Part shown: piece by piece, positions 37,469 through 49,628 of the stretch
Position numbering within the stretch: position 1 is the stretch's first letter
Layout: each line of letters begins with the position of its first letter
Assembly (NCBI RefSeq): GCF_006345805.1
Contig: NC_043005.1
Span: 100,998,001 to 101,062,000 of the forward strand
From: Octopus sinensis
Taxonomy: Eukaryota
Length of the DNA stretch: 64,000 nucleotides
Direction of reading: 5' to 3'
The notes under the pieces: model-generated
Told to the model about the DNA's origin: nothing
Databases searched by the model: none
Seen by the model: the letters and a program-made list of their open reading frames with translations, nothing else
Program-made: the position numbers and the translations under genes

Positions 37469-39466
37469 AGACAATATGAAGAGTGTGATGCAATTTCAAT
37501 AGATGTTTTATTGGTTGAATGATATTTCAATGGCTTGCCTGTCTTTGTCGAGTTCAAAATGAAAAGTGATACATAGAAATTCAAAATTAAAGAATTTCAA
37601 ATCCATAGTTTGAACAAGGTAACCAGCATTCCAACATTGATGGAATGACATCATCTGTCTTCAATTTTCAAGTTTACAACTAGCAAAAAGAAAAAAGAAA
37701 AACGAGAGAAAAAAAAAAAGAAAAGAAAAAGGAGAAAGAGAAAAGAAGAATATTTAATCAAACAGTTTTGTGCAAATATGATGAAAATCTCCAGTCATTT
37801 CCAGGGCATGAGGTTAATAATTCACAAACATAGTTTCTCCTCGTGCATTTTGAGTACTGAAAGTGTAGCAGATTCAGAATATTTTCTGAGAATATGTCAC
37901 TTTCAAGTATTTTTCAAAATTGCAGCCGTTTGGTGTAAAATTTGTTCAGCAAGTTCTGTTGAACTCCTGCTGTCATGCCTGATGCCATATCTGTGCCCAT
38001 TGAAACTTTGGCTTAATTGTTCTGTTGTAGAACCAACATAAATGAAGCTGGATTTCGGATTTGACTGAATTATATGATGTGGATAATCAGAGCAGCGGTG
38101 GAGGTAAATGTGGGACGATGTGGGCTTGGAAAATAACTGTGTTACTATTCTACCTCCCAAAAACTTAACTTTTGTGTCCAAAAATTCAACAGCCACTTGT
38201 AGGCGTAGGAGTGGCTGTGTGGTAAGTAGCTTGCTTATGAACCACATGGTTCTGGGTTCAGTCCCACTGCATAGCACCTTGGCCGACCAAAGCCTTCTTA
38301 GTGGATTTGGTAGATGGAAACTGAAAGAATCCCGTTGTATATATGTATATGTATATATATATGTATGTGTGTATATATTTGTGTGCCTGTATTTGTCTCC
38401 TACCCCCAACATCGCTTGACAACCGATGCTGGTGTGTTTACATCCCCCGTAACTTAGCAGTTCGGCAAAAGAGACCGATAGAATAAGTACTAAGCTTACA
38501 AAGAATAAGTCCTGGAGTCGATTTGCTCAACTAAAGGCAGTGTTCCAGCATGACTGAAACAAGTAAAAAGAGTTAAAAAAAAGAGGACTAGTTTTTGAAA
38601 AAATAGATGTAAATTTTATGTTGGACTTAAAGCCATAGGTTTTAGAATAACAGTCACAGAAATGCAAGAAGTCAATTAAAATATCCTGTGATCCTTCCCA
38701 GACAAAAAAAGCTATCATCACTGAACTGTAACCAGAGTATTGGTTCATGGCCAGGAAGGGATTTGAATGTCTTCAGTACCTGAGTCTTGAATTTTGTCAT
38801 GAAGACATTAGTGAAATTAACTGCCACGAAGGAACCCGTGGCACAACTCCTCATCTGGTGGTAAAATTTTTGCCTAAATTTCATTGTGTTACTTTGTAAC
38901 AGAAGCCTCAATAGCCTACAGAGAAAATTTACATAGAATACTTTTGTTTTACCGTTTTCTGAAGGTGGAATTTGCTGAACATTTTACATCAAGCAGCTGC
39001 AATTTAGAAAAAAAAATTGAAAGTGCATATTCTCAGAAAATATTCTGAATCTGCAACATTTTCAGTTCTCAAAATGCATGAAGAGAAATGTTTGTGAGTT
39101 AATAACCTCAAACCCTGGGGGGAAGGATGAATAAAATGACAGGAGAATTTCATCATATTTACACAAAACTGTTTGATTAAATATTCATCTTTATTCTTCT
39201 TTTCTTTTTCTCCTTTTTCTTTTCTTTTTTTTTTCTCTCGTTTTTCTTTTTTCTTTTTGCTAGTTGTAAACTTGAAAATTGAAGACTGATGATGTCATTC
39301 CATCAATGTTGGTTGCCTTGTTCTAACTCTGAACTTGAATTTCTTTAATTTTGAATTCCTATGTATCACTTTTCATTTTGAACTCGACAAAGACAGGCAA
39401 GCCATTGAAATATCATTCAACCAATAAAACATCTATTGAAATTGCATCACACTCTTCATATTGTCT
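37469..39466 (-). mobile_element. Penelope-like element, internally deleted, with inverted ~490-bp arms
   Basis: Minus frames: FYHQMRSCATGSFVAVNFTNVFM...LWLQFSDD (RT), EFLDTKV...LFSKPTSSHIYLH (thumb), YVGST...FNGHRYGIR...ELAEQ (GIY-YIG); arms 37469-37956 and 38968-39466. Confidence 0.85.
38199..38573 (+). mobile_element. SINE family B inserted in the PLE RT
   Basis: Near-consensus copy. Confidence 0.9.
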
Positions 39467-39669
39467 CTTATTATTATCATTATTATCATTATTATTATTA
39501 TTATTATTATTATAAGGTGGCACACCAGACAAAATGCTTACCAGCATTGCATCTATTTTCATGTTGTGAGTGCAAATTCTGATGAGATCAACTTTGCTTT
39601 TCATCCTTTCAAGGTTTATAAAATAAATACCAGTTGGATACTGGTGTCAATGTAATTGACTTTTCCCTT

Positions 39670-39942
39670 CCTCCTCGCCTGACCCCCGTGCCAGTGGCAC
39701 GTAAAAGCACCATCTGTTCGTGGCCGTCTGCCAGCTCCGTCTGGCACCTGTGCGGGTGGCACGTAAAAAGCACCCACTACACTCATGGAGTGGTTGGCGT
39801 TAGGAAGGGCATCCAGCCGTAGAAACACTGCCAGATCTGACTGGGCCTGATGAAGCCTTCCGGCTTCACAGACCCCAGATGAACCGTCCAACCGATGCTA
39901 GCATGGAAAGCGGACGCTAAATGATGATGATGATGATGATGA
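39670..39942 (+). mobile_element. RTE 3' UTR fragment with (GAT)n tail
   Basis: Homology to the other copies. Confidence 0.85.
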
Positions 39943-39984
39943 AAATTAAATAATAAATTCATGTAAAAAAAATTATTTGCATGG

Positions 39985-40975
39985 ATGGTAGCTATTCTCA
40001 ATACATGTGGCATACTGGTTAAAACAATATTTTGCATTTCTTGCGGGGATGGTAAGCCAGGGATTATTCTCAAATAATTTGATCATTGCCAGTGCTCCTA
40101 CAATCACCGGAATTGCAACTACCTTGAGATGCCACATTTTTTCAATTTTAATGAGCAAATCTTTATACTTCCTGAGCTTGTCAAATTCTGTTGCTGACAT
40201 ATTATGATCACAAGGGATTCACATGTCAATCAATAAACAGACAATTATTTTGGTATTTTACAACAAAATCCAGTTTATTAGCTTTGATGATTCTGTCTGA
40301 AGTCTCAAAGAATTGTTTTACATTTCTCCCTCAGTTACAACTTCAGGGTGATGCTTTTATAACTAGTCAACAGTTTTGATTTTATAATGCTGACATATTA
40401 ACCAGAGTAGATATTGGCCAACTCTGACATGTCTTGATTTATATTCTACTGGTACTAGAACTTTACATCCAGAAATTAAGTAGTCCACTGTTTCAATCTC
40501 ATCATTGCAGAATTAGCACTTTACTCCATTTTCCATCATGCTGTCTTGGCAGTTCCAGGTGTATAAGCTTTGATCTTGAGCAGCTGCTCTGAGTTTTGTA
40601 GCCACTGATAGATGTGCTTCTGCTTAACACCAGCTTCTTTATTATCGATCACATATTTGCTATGCAGGGATTTCTCCTCTTACCTACGAGCCAGTTGTTT
40701 ATCTTTGCCATTAATTCTACTTTCTTTGCAACAACAGTTGCCAGAGTAAAGATTCTCACACCTCTTAGCATCCAATTATTAACTGTTTCAAGATATTTGG
40801 CCAGTTCAATTGTGGTTTTTGTAAAAAAGTTCAAACTGGATCAAACCGCAACCTCCATCAAATCTGGGAAGGTAAAGATGATCCACGTCTGCCTTTCAGT
40901 GGTGCATCTTATGACAAATGAGCAGCTTATGAATTTTTCTATCAATTTTCTTCATTTCACTGATACTCCAATTTA
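39985..40975 (-). mobile_element. R4/Dong LINE fragment (zinc knuckle plus restriction-like endonuclease)
   Basis: AAQDQSL...C*FCNDEIETVDYLISGC...EY..RH; EFDKLRKYKDLLIKIEKMWHLKVVAIPVIVGALAMI. Confidence 0.85.
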
Positions 40976-41455
40976 ACACATCGAAGCTATAAGTAACAAC
41001 TGCAGCTGCTAAGGAATTTATGGCTAACACCTTGTTACGTGCATTTAGCTCAGGTCTCAGAACTGCTGACACTCGCCTCTAACATTCCTTCCTGATCTTT
41101 TCTTTCATGCTTGCATGCTGAACGCCAAAGCCTTCATTTGTTCACATGATTGCAAAGGGAGAGTGAGAGATGGAGAGGGAATGTAGTGAGTCTTGCGGGG
41201 AAGAGAGGGAGTTTAGTAAGATTGGATATTAGGGAGAGGTTTGTCAAGGACAGGTTGTATCTAGGGCATGGACACAAAGGCTTCAGTTTTTCTTAGCTGA
41301 ATGGATATTTGAAGCCTATATGCTCTGCTGGATGTATAATGTTAGTATGTATTTACAGCACTGTAAAATTGCTAATTGTCTCAGTCCTTTGTAATCTCTG
41401 TGACGCCCAGCATCCCTCTTCCACAGGTTCCCTCTACATTTAGAGATCAGCACTT

Positions 41456-41690
41456 CTTATTTCTTTACTACCCACAAGGGGCTACACACAGAGAGGACAA
41501 ACAAGGACAAACAAACGGATTAAGTCGATTATACCGACCCCAGTGTCTAACTGGTACTTATTTAATCGACCCCGAAAGGATGAAAGGCAAAGTCAGCCTT
41601 GGCAGAATTTGAACTCAGAACGTAACGGCAGACGAAATACTGCTAAACATTTTGCCCAGCATGCTAACATTTCTACCAGCTCCCCACCTT
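41456..41690 (-). mobile_element. SINE family A
   Basis: Near-consensus copy. Confidence 0.9.
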
Positions 41691-41739
41691 CTTTATGTAC
41701 TTCTTTATGCAGCTACCTCCATCCATATTGCATCACATA

Positions 41740-41935
41740 AACATACCAGCTTTCTTCTCTCTTGTACACTACACCCTGGTGCCTCTTACACTCAATCTTT
41801 CCCTCAATACATTTACACTGTGTTGTAAATTCCCATTGACATTGCACATCCGGCAGAGCCTGCTGGCTTCGTTTCTTTCAAGCTTTTGCATGTCCTCTGC
41901 ATCCACACCCCATGTTACACTACCATGTAGCATAT
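41740..41935 (-). mobile_element. RTE ORF2 remnant
   Basis: MLHGSVTWGVDAEDMQKLERNEASRLCRMCNV. Confidence 0.75.
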
Positions 41936-42209
41936 AACATGTATAATTAGTTAGATAGAAGAATACAGTATGTATAATTGGTGACAGTGGAAGAGAACAT
42001 GTATAATTAATTAGACAGTGGAACATGCACGTATAGGGAAGAGACAATGGAACATCGTTTCTCACTCTCTGTATGTGCATGTATGTGTGTGTGTGTGTGT
42101 GTGTGTGAAAGAGAGATGTGAAACAGCAGAACGCTGTAGAATTGGAAAGACAGTGGAACTTTGTACGGACAATTGTTGAGATAGTAAAACACTGGCACAT
42201 CAACTGCAG

Positions 42210-42584
42210 GGAGGTGCAATGGCCCAGTGGTTAGGGCAGCGAACTCGCGGTCGAAGGATCGCTGTTTCGATTCCCAGACCAGGCGTTGTGTGTGTTTATT
42301 GAGTGAAAACACCTAAAGCTCCACGAGGCTCCAGCAGGGAGTGGTGGTGACCCCTGTTCTACTCTTTCGCCCCAACTTTCTCTCTCTCTTTCTTCCTGTT
42401 TCTTGTCCCCGACTTCCTACGCAATCGCTGAGCCTGGATGCGCATTCATCCATCCGTCAATGCTCTCGGTGTTGGGGGTTGACCTGCTTTCTCTTCTGTG
42501 AGTTTTACCAATAGCAAAGGACCACGTTTCGGACTTCTCCCACTCTGGGACGAAGACCACTTCGCTCAACAATCAAACTAACAA
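42210..42584 (+). mobile_element. SINE family C variant
   Basis: 13-bp TSD acatcaactgcag at 42197-42209 and 42585-42597; homologous to 46587-46965. Confidence 0.9.
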
Positions 42585-42805
42585 ACATCAACTGCAGACA
42601 CACTCTTGTGGCATATGCTCTACTGTGGGTAAACACTGAACTGTAGTTGGAGCCATGACTGCCCTGTGTGTGTGTGTGTGTGTGTGCATGCATGTGAATG
42701 TGTGTGTGTCTGTGTGTTCACTGAAGCCATCACAGTAACGAGTAAGATATCAATGAGGCTCTGTAGCTTAAGTCATGCTATAATACAAACTTGCTGGACT
42801 AAGGG

Positions 42806-42841
<36 letters not shown>

Positions 42842-43171
42842 CAGATATTTGAAAGTCCAAGTATGCTGGTTGCTATAATAACAAACTGGTAATTAGATTC
42901 GATACATAAAGAGTTGACAATGTTCACAATAATGAAATCATTCAGAACGTTACCATAATTTAGATAATTTAAACCAGGGGAAAACCAGAACTGCAGCAGT
43001 TCAATCTCAGACTAACTTCACTAATTATCTGCAACTTCATTATGATAATCGTATTTCAATTTAATTAACAAATTTTTCAGTAAATGTTATTATTACAGTT
43101 AACAATAACTGGTCGTTATCTACGGCTAATGTAATGTTAAATGTAACATAAGGTTTTATTCCATGCATAGG

Positions 43172-43214
<43 letters not shown>

Positions 43215-43215
<1 letters not shown>

Positions 43216-43555
43216 ATCATCATCATCATCTGCTGCTGCTGCTGCTTTCCATGCTGGCATGGGTTAAATGGTCTGACTGGAATTGGTAAGCCGGAGATCT
43301 GCACCAAGTTCCAGTCTGATTTTGGCATGGTTTCCACATCTGGATGTCTTTCCTAATGCCAACCACTCCAAGAGTATAATGGGTGCTTTTTACGTGCCCC
43401 CAGCACGGGTGCTTTTATGTGGCACTGGCACTGGTACCAGTTACATGAACCGGCATCGACCACGACCATGATTTCATTTGGCTTTATGAGTCTTCTCAAG
43501 CACAGCATATCATCAAAGGTCACAGTCACTTGTCATTGCCTCCATGAGTCCCACA
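43215..43555 (-). mobile_element. RTE 3' UTR fragment
   Basis: (CAT)n tail, tttccatgctggcatggg. Confidence 0.75.
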
Positions 43556-43563
43556 CAAGTTAA

Positions 43564-43952
43564 TCTCTACATATATAAAGCTGTAGTTGTCTGTGTGTGG
43601 CAGGTTTGGTAGCCTTCAACTAACACTATCTCCTCCGAGACCCTGCGATGCAAGTTGACCAAAATTAAGAGTATGATAGAAGGCTTGCTCTTCCTTCTGT
43701 AGAAGTAAAAATTCAAATCGGACTATGTTAACACCAAAAATTATTTACATCAAAAAGGTACTTTTTTTCTATGAATATCCCTATTTTTTACAATTTTTTG
43801 ACTGCTGTATCGCCATTTTTCGGTGTATTTCAACGAGAAAAATGTTCACTTAAAGAGAATAGCAAGCTACATAATGCAAAATTTTTACTTTTCACAAATT
43901 CCAATTCTAAAGGGTTGAAACAAACCTGAGCAATGCCGGGTGATATTGCTAG
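43564..43952 (+). mobile_element. Non-autonomous Helitron
   Basis: A|TC 5' end (tctctacatatataaagctg), 3' GC hairpin cctgagcaatgccggg then CTAG|T. Confidence 0.8.
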
Positions 43953-44376
43953 TAATAGTTAAATCTGATTGAGCAAAACTTATGACCAAATTTCCCAACC
44001 ATGACCACCTTATCAATTTTTCCCTTATAGTTGATACTACATTTGTTAAAGGTATCCTTACCAGACATTAATGTTCAATACAGGTGAGTATTTATTTCTC
44101 AATTAAAATAAACTAGACACTATTAAATATATTAACAAAAGCATAACACCTTTATGAGTATACTAATATTCCTGATTGAGTACCAGCACTAATTTACCAA
44201 AGAAACAAAAGAAAAGAAAAATGCGTGGTGGGGTGATTAAGCAGCAGAAGATGGGGGAGGGAAGGGAGTAAAGGGTTGTACACCCCAGAACAAACAGCAT
44301 GTATGGCTATGCCTGGCAGACATGATTGCAAAGGCTTTGACATGGAGAATGGCCAATGACACTTACTGCAACAGCA

Positions 44377-44661
44377 GAACCTCAAGTACTGGCTCTACAA
44401 GATTGACCGAGCCATAGACAGAGCCTGCAGAAAGTGCGGAGTAGGAGAGGAGACTGCGGGCCATGTCATCTACGACTGTCCATGGATCCATCGCCCACCG
44501 CAAATGCCAACCCCCTCCCCCCAGACGCTCTGGCCAGTGACCCTCTCCTTGTCCTTCGGATCTGGGAAAAGTGAACTTCTGCTCCCGACCTGCCAGACGT
44601 CTCCCAACCCACAGAACGGACGCAGTGAAATCCCCCTTACCCGTCTTGTTGCTTAACAACA
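44377..44661 (+). mobile_element. I-group (Ingi/Nimb-like) LINE 3' end
   Basis: CCHC knuckle CRKCGVGEETAGHVIYDCP; (CAA)n tail; TSD actgcaacagca / actgcagcagca. Confidence 0.8.
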
Positions 44662-45933
44662 ACTGCAGCAGCAACTCCACTTCTCACACTCTGTTTCTAA
44701 GACAAGACCCAATTATACAGATTTTGCAGAGGAAATCAGCAGTGCACGGTCCAAAAACGCCTGAGGCCTTGATGGTGACCAGCACAGACTGATAGCAACC
44801 AGTCAGGTTCCTGTATTTGTTATCTTTCTCAAAAGCTGATTCATGCAACAACACTAATTTAAAAGCCAGAAGTATTTCTCCAAGCAGTCACAAAGTAGGA
44901 CATTTTTCACCAGAAGCATACTGTATATTAGGCTGTAAATATTCGTTCATCAGAAATATAAGTCAAAAGAAATTGCTTCAAGAAGGAATCGAAACTATGT
45001 CGCGGATTTGGTTCACCAAGAACATACAGCTAAATGATAAAATTGGCAAAAGTTTGAAATATTAACTAATTAAATTTCATTGCAAGGCAAATATCTTTAG
45101 AGACAATTTACAGAAGAACACATCTGAATAATACCCCACAAGTCTTTTATGATAATAGCCAGCAAATCACCTTCTTCACCTTAGAAGATTAATAAGAGGA
45201 AGACAATGCTTTGAATCGTTCTAGGTTAGAAGTAGTGCAGAGAATGAACATTATCCAGAAGTAACATTTCGAGATAATTATCTCAAACAGCTTCTAATGG
45301 TAAAATATAAAATATTTCAAACTCTTCCTAAAAGCGCCGCGGTTTCTAAGATTATAGAAACGAACAGTCAATTGTTATTTATATAATATTATACTACAGA
45401 GCAGAGTTAGAAGATATCTGCTACACTTCTTATTCATTTGATCTTCTAAAGAGAATCTTATCTTTTTAATGTGGTTGTGTATTTTTTCTTTTTCTTTTTT
45501 ATTCTTCACTATTGCATATCAGCAAGATGAGTATATTGGTACAGACATGTGAAGGAAAAGAAGGGGTTTAGGAAGTTCGTGGCACAGAAGAAAGCAAAGA
45601 AAATACTTGAGATGAAGTATTTAGGCAGATCTTTGGACATTAGGCATCAGAAATTAGATAAGATTCCAGAATAAATAAAAAATACTGCTCTGCAGATCTT
45701 TCTACAAACTGTAGCAAATCTTAACCTAAAAAGTGGGGAAATCATATTCCATGGCATCCCAGTAAAGAGAACTTATGCCCATTGATTTTATTTATGGCTG
45801 AATTCATTCAGTTAATTTTCCTAAGCAGTAATCAGGGTATGTGTGTATATTCAAAAGTGTAATAAACCCCATGTATGTCAGTTTTGCAAAAATATTTCTG
45901 ACTGAAGATATCATACATGTGTGGAGTTATGAT

Positions 45934-46380
45934 CTCGCTCGCATGGAGCTGTTAGCGCTCCACTGGCACAAGTGCCAGTCAACGAATTTGGTTCAATTTT
46001 GATTTCACTTGCCTCAACAGGTGTTCACAGGTATTAGACACATTAAGGATTAAGCTAATACTGCTGGGCTCTTGATGTCTCATCCTGAAATTTACAAGGT
46101 GCTCAAAGATGGTACATAAACAACACCCATGGGTTTTCTACACAATAAAGCAAAAATACTCAAAATAAACCATGATCTACACAAGGGCAAAATAGTTTCT
46201 GGTCACTGCAAGCAAACTATACAAGCCATGTTACAACATCCAGAAACATAAACAATATCTCTTCCATATTTTCAATCCCCTACAAGCTGTGGGACCACCA
46301 AAAGGAACAGTAACTAGTGAAGTCTTCTATTTTTCAATGGTTGGCAATCTTTCTCTTCAAAGAGGTTTCCAGCTTCTCTC
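45934..46380 (+). repeat. Local duplicate of about 48278-48832 flanked by a 57-58-bp direct repeat
   Basis: Direct sequence match; flanking repeat at 45876-45933 and 46381-46437. Confidence 0.9.
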
Positions 46381-46586
46381 TGTCAGTTCTGCAAAATATT
46401 TCTGACTGAAGATATCGTACATGTGTAGAGTTATGATTCTATGCATCCAATAAAGTATTGTCATTAAACTGAAAGGAAATGGAATGGTGAAACTATTTTT
46501 TTTCCTTTTCTGAAAAGCAACATTTTGGACTTACGACACTTTTACATAATAGCAACAATATATACACCCATGCCAGCATAGCAGAC

Positions 46587-46965
46587 AGAGTGGAGGCGCA
46601 ATGGCCCAGTGATTAGGGCAGCGGACTCGCGGTCAGAGAATCACGGTTTCGATTCCCAGATCGGGCATTGTGTGTGTTTATTGAGCGAAAACACCTAAAG
46701 CTCCACGAGGCTTCGACAGGGGGTGGTGGTGACCCCTGTTGTACTCTTTCGCTCCAACTTTCTCTCACTCTTTCTTCCTGTTCCTTGTCCCCGACTTCCT
46801 ACGCAACCGCTGAGCCTGGATGTGCATTCATCCATCCGTCGATGCTCTCGTTGTCGAGGGTTGACCTGCTTTCTCTTCTGCGGGTCTTACAAATAGCAAA
46901 GGACCACATTTCAAACTTCTCCCATCTTGCAAACTCTGGGACGAAGACCGTTCACTCCACAGCAA
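46587..46965 (+). mobile_element. SINE family C variant
   Basis: TSD cagcatagcagac at 46574-46586 and 46966-46978. Confidence 0.9.
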
Positions 46966-47414
46966 CAGCATAGCAGACGTTAAAACAAAAACGAGATACA
47001 CACTCCATCAGCACTCTTTGTTATTGTCAATACTGCTTTACACCGCACAGCATTTCAAGCCAGATTTCTTGACAACCAAATTGAAGATCATTTATTGTTA
47101 ATAACTTTATCTTGTCAGTTAGAGTTTTGACAGTCAAATAAATTTATTGGCAAGTACAGAACATGTTTTCTGTTTTGTAATTACGATATAATAAGACTAT
47201 GTTTATCAGTTTATTCTTCATTTCATCTTTTAGTCGAATCTATAATTACTAACATCACTTTCCACCAATGCCCGGGCAGAGCCGTTGAACAATTTTAACC
47301 ATATGTAAACCACTTAGAAAAAGCAAAAAGTTGAAAATAACATCTAATGGACCAGTTTGCTCCCTTCCTGCCAGCAACATAAAAGAATGTCAGATGCAAT
47401 CAAGCATCACACTC

Positions 47415-47805
47415 AACATCTGCGCTGATATGGTCATGTCATGCATAAGGACGAGGACAGCTGCGTAAAGAAGTGCCAGTCTCTAACTGTAGAGGGAAGA
47501 TGTGGAAGTGGTAGACCCAGGAAGACTCATCAAGCCGAGGGAAATCCTATTCGTGGCTGGTGCCTGTGTTATGTAGCTGGCACCCATACCGGTCCAAAAT
47601 AAAAGCACCCGTGATGGTGGCATGTAAAAAGGCACCCATTACACTCTTGGAGTGATAGGCGTTAGGAAGGGCATCCATCCATAAAAACGATGCCAAATCA
47701 GATTGGAATTTGGTGCAGTTCGTTGGTTTACCAGTTCCAGTCAAACTGTCTAACCCATGCCAGCATGGAAAGCAGACACTAAATAATAATGATGATGATG
47801 ATGAT
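47415..47805 (+). mobile_element. RTE 3' fragment (WYGHV...EGRCGSGRPRK plus UTR)
   Basis: Peptide and UTR homology to 5205-6253. Confidence 0.85.
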
Positions 47806-47859
47806 ATTCAACAATATAAGCATGATAAACACATACACACCCAATCTTATTAACCCATA

Positions 47860-48480
47860 TCATCATCATCGTCATCATTTAACGTCCGCTTTCCATGCCT
47901 AGCATGGGTTGGACGATTTGACTCAGGACTGGCAAACCAAATTGCTGTGCCAATCTCCAATCTGATCTGGCAGAGTTTCTACAGCTGGATGCCCTTCCTA
48001 ACACTAACCACTTCGAGAGTGTAGTGGGTGCTTTTACGTGCCACCCGCATGAGGGCCAGTCAGGCGGTACTGGAAACGGCTATGCTTGAAATGGTGTTTT
48101 TTACGTGCCACCTGCACAAGAGTCAGTCCAGCGGCACTGGCAACAACCTCACTCGAATGTTTTGTTCACGTGCCGCTGGCACAAGTGCCAGTAAGGCGAC
48201 GCTGGTAACGATCTTGCTCAAATGATGCTTTTTACGTGCCACCGGCATGGAAGCCAGACAGCTGCTCTGGCAGTGATCTCGCTCAGATGGAGCTGTTAGT
48301 GCTCCACTGGCACAGGTGCCAGTCATCGAATTTGGTTCAATTTCGATTTCACTTGCTCCAACAGGTCTTCGCAAGCAGAGTTTAGTGTCCAATGAAGGGG
48401 GTTTGGCATGGGTGCCAGTCAACGAATTTGGTTCGATTTCGAATTCAATTTCGATTTCACTTGCCTCAACAGGTGTTCAC
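47860..48480 (-). mobile_element. RTE 3' UTR fragment
   Basis: Long UTR with internal tandem units. Confidence 0.9.
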
Positions 48481-48938
48481 AGGTATTAGACACATTAAGG
48501 ATTAAGCTAATACTGCTGGGCTCTCGATGTCTCATCCTGAAATTTACAAGGTGCTCAAAGATGGTACATAAACCACATCCACAGGTTTTCTACACAATAA
48601 AGCAAAAATACTCAAAATAAACCATGATCTACACAAGGGCAAAATAGTTTCTGGTCACTGCAAGCAAACTATACAAGCCGTGTTTCAACATTCAGAAACA
48701 TAAACAATATCTCTTCCATATTTTCAGTCCCTTACAAGCTGTGGGACCACCAAAAGGAACAGTAACCAATGATGTCTTCTATTTTTCAATGGTTGGCAAT
48801 CTTTCTCTTCAAAGAGGTTTCCAGCTTCTCTCTGAACCTCTGTTCTGGTCCACCAGCAGAGACAAGCTCACACACACACACACGTACTTATATTTACACA
48901 TACACACATTTATTTATACATATATACATACATGCATT

Positions 48939-48992
<54 letters not shown>

Positions 48993-49255
48993 AAAGCCTT
49001 GCGCTAGGCTTTCCTATGATAGAAGCCTCTTAATGTGTTTTAATGTACACAATATTTTTATATGAATAATATATAGTCTATTGACTATTTTGTTTGTGTG
49101 CTAGAACACTGGTAATAATAATTTCTTTAATTCTTATTACCCTAATATTACTGATATATATATATATATACACCAGTGTAAGCACGTAAATGTGAAACAA
49201 GACGGCAGAAAATTGCACTCGAATTCCAGAGGTAAAGTAATATGCTTTAAGTATG

Positions 49256-49418
49256 ATAAACCTGCAAAAACATTGCAAAAACTGTTACACAGAATTTCAC
49301 ATTCCTGTTTGTCAAACAGTTTTCGTTGAGAATGGAACAAAGTTTGTTCCATTCTCAACCAAAACTGTCCAACGAGCGGTAACATGAAACAGTTTTTGTG
49401 ATGTTTTTGCAGCTTTAT
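49256..49418. repeat. Long hairpin (centre 49342) between (TA)n runs
   Basis: Inner arms match 25/26 around a 1-nt centre; outer arms match 28/31. Confidence 0.9.
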
Positions 49419-49628
49419 TAATAAAGTGTCTACATATATATATTAAACTCTGTTGGACTTTTGGATTTTACTCAAAGGATATCGGAATATTGCATATATA
49501 CCATTATGCCTATAAAACGGATTTACAACTACAATACCCATACATATCTTACATCTATTTTCTTTCCTCCACCTCACTCTCTATTTTGTATCACATCAAA
49601 ACTATGACTTAATTTTTCCTCTCACACC

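Noticed and set aside
39843-39880. CTGATGA plus aagcc-ttcc-ggctt stem as a hammerhead
   Set aside because: No GAAA follows; it is a point variant of the RTE UTR (other copies read ctggtgcagcc)
45160-45310. Possible Helitron Rep remnant (LHLRRLIRGRQCFESF...YPEVTFRD)
   Set aside because: Resemblance too short and weak to support without a profile search
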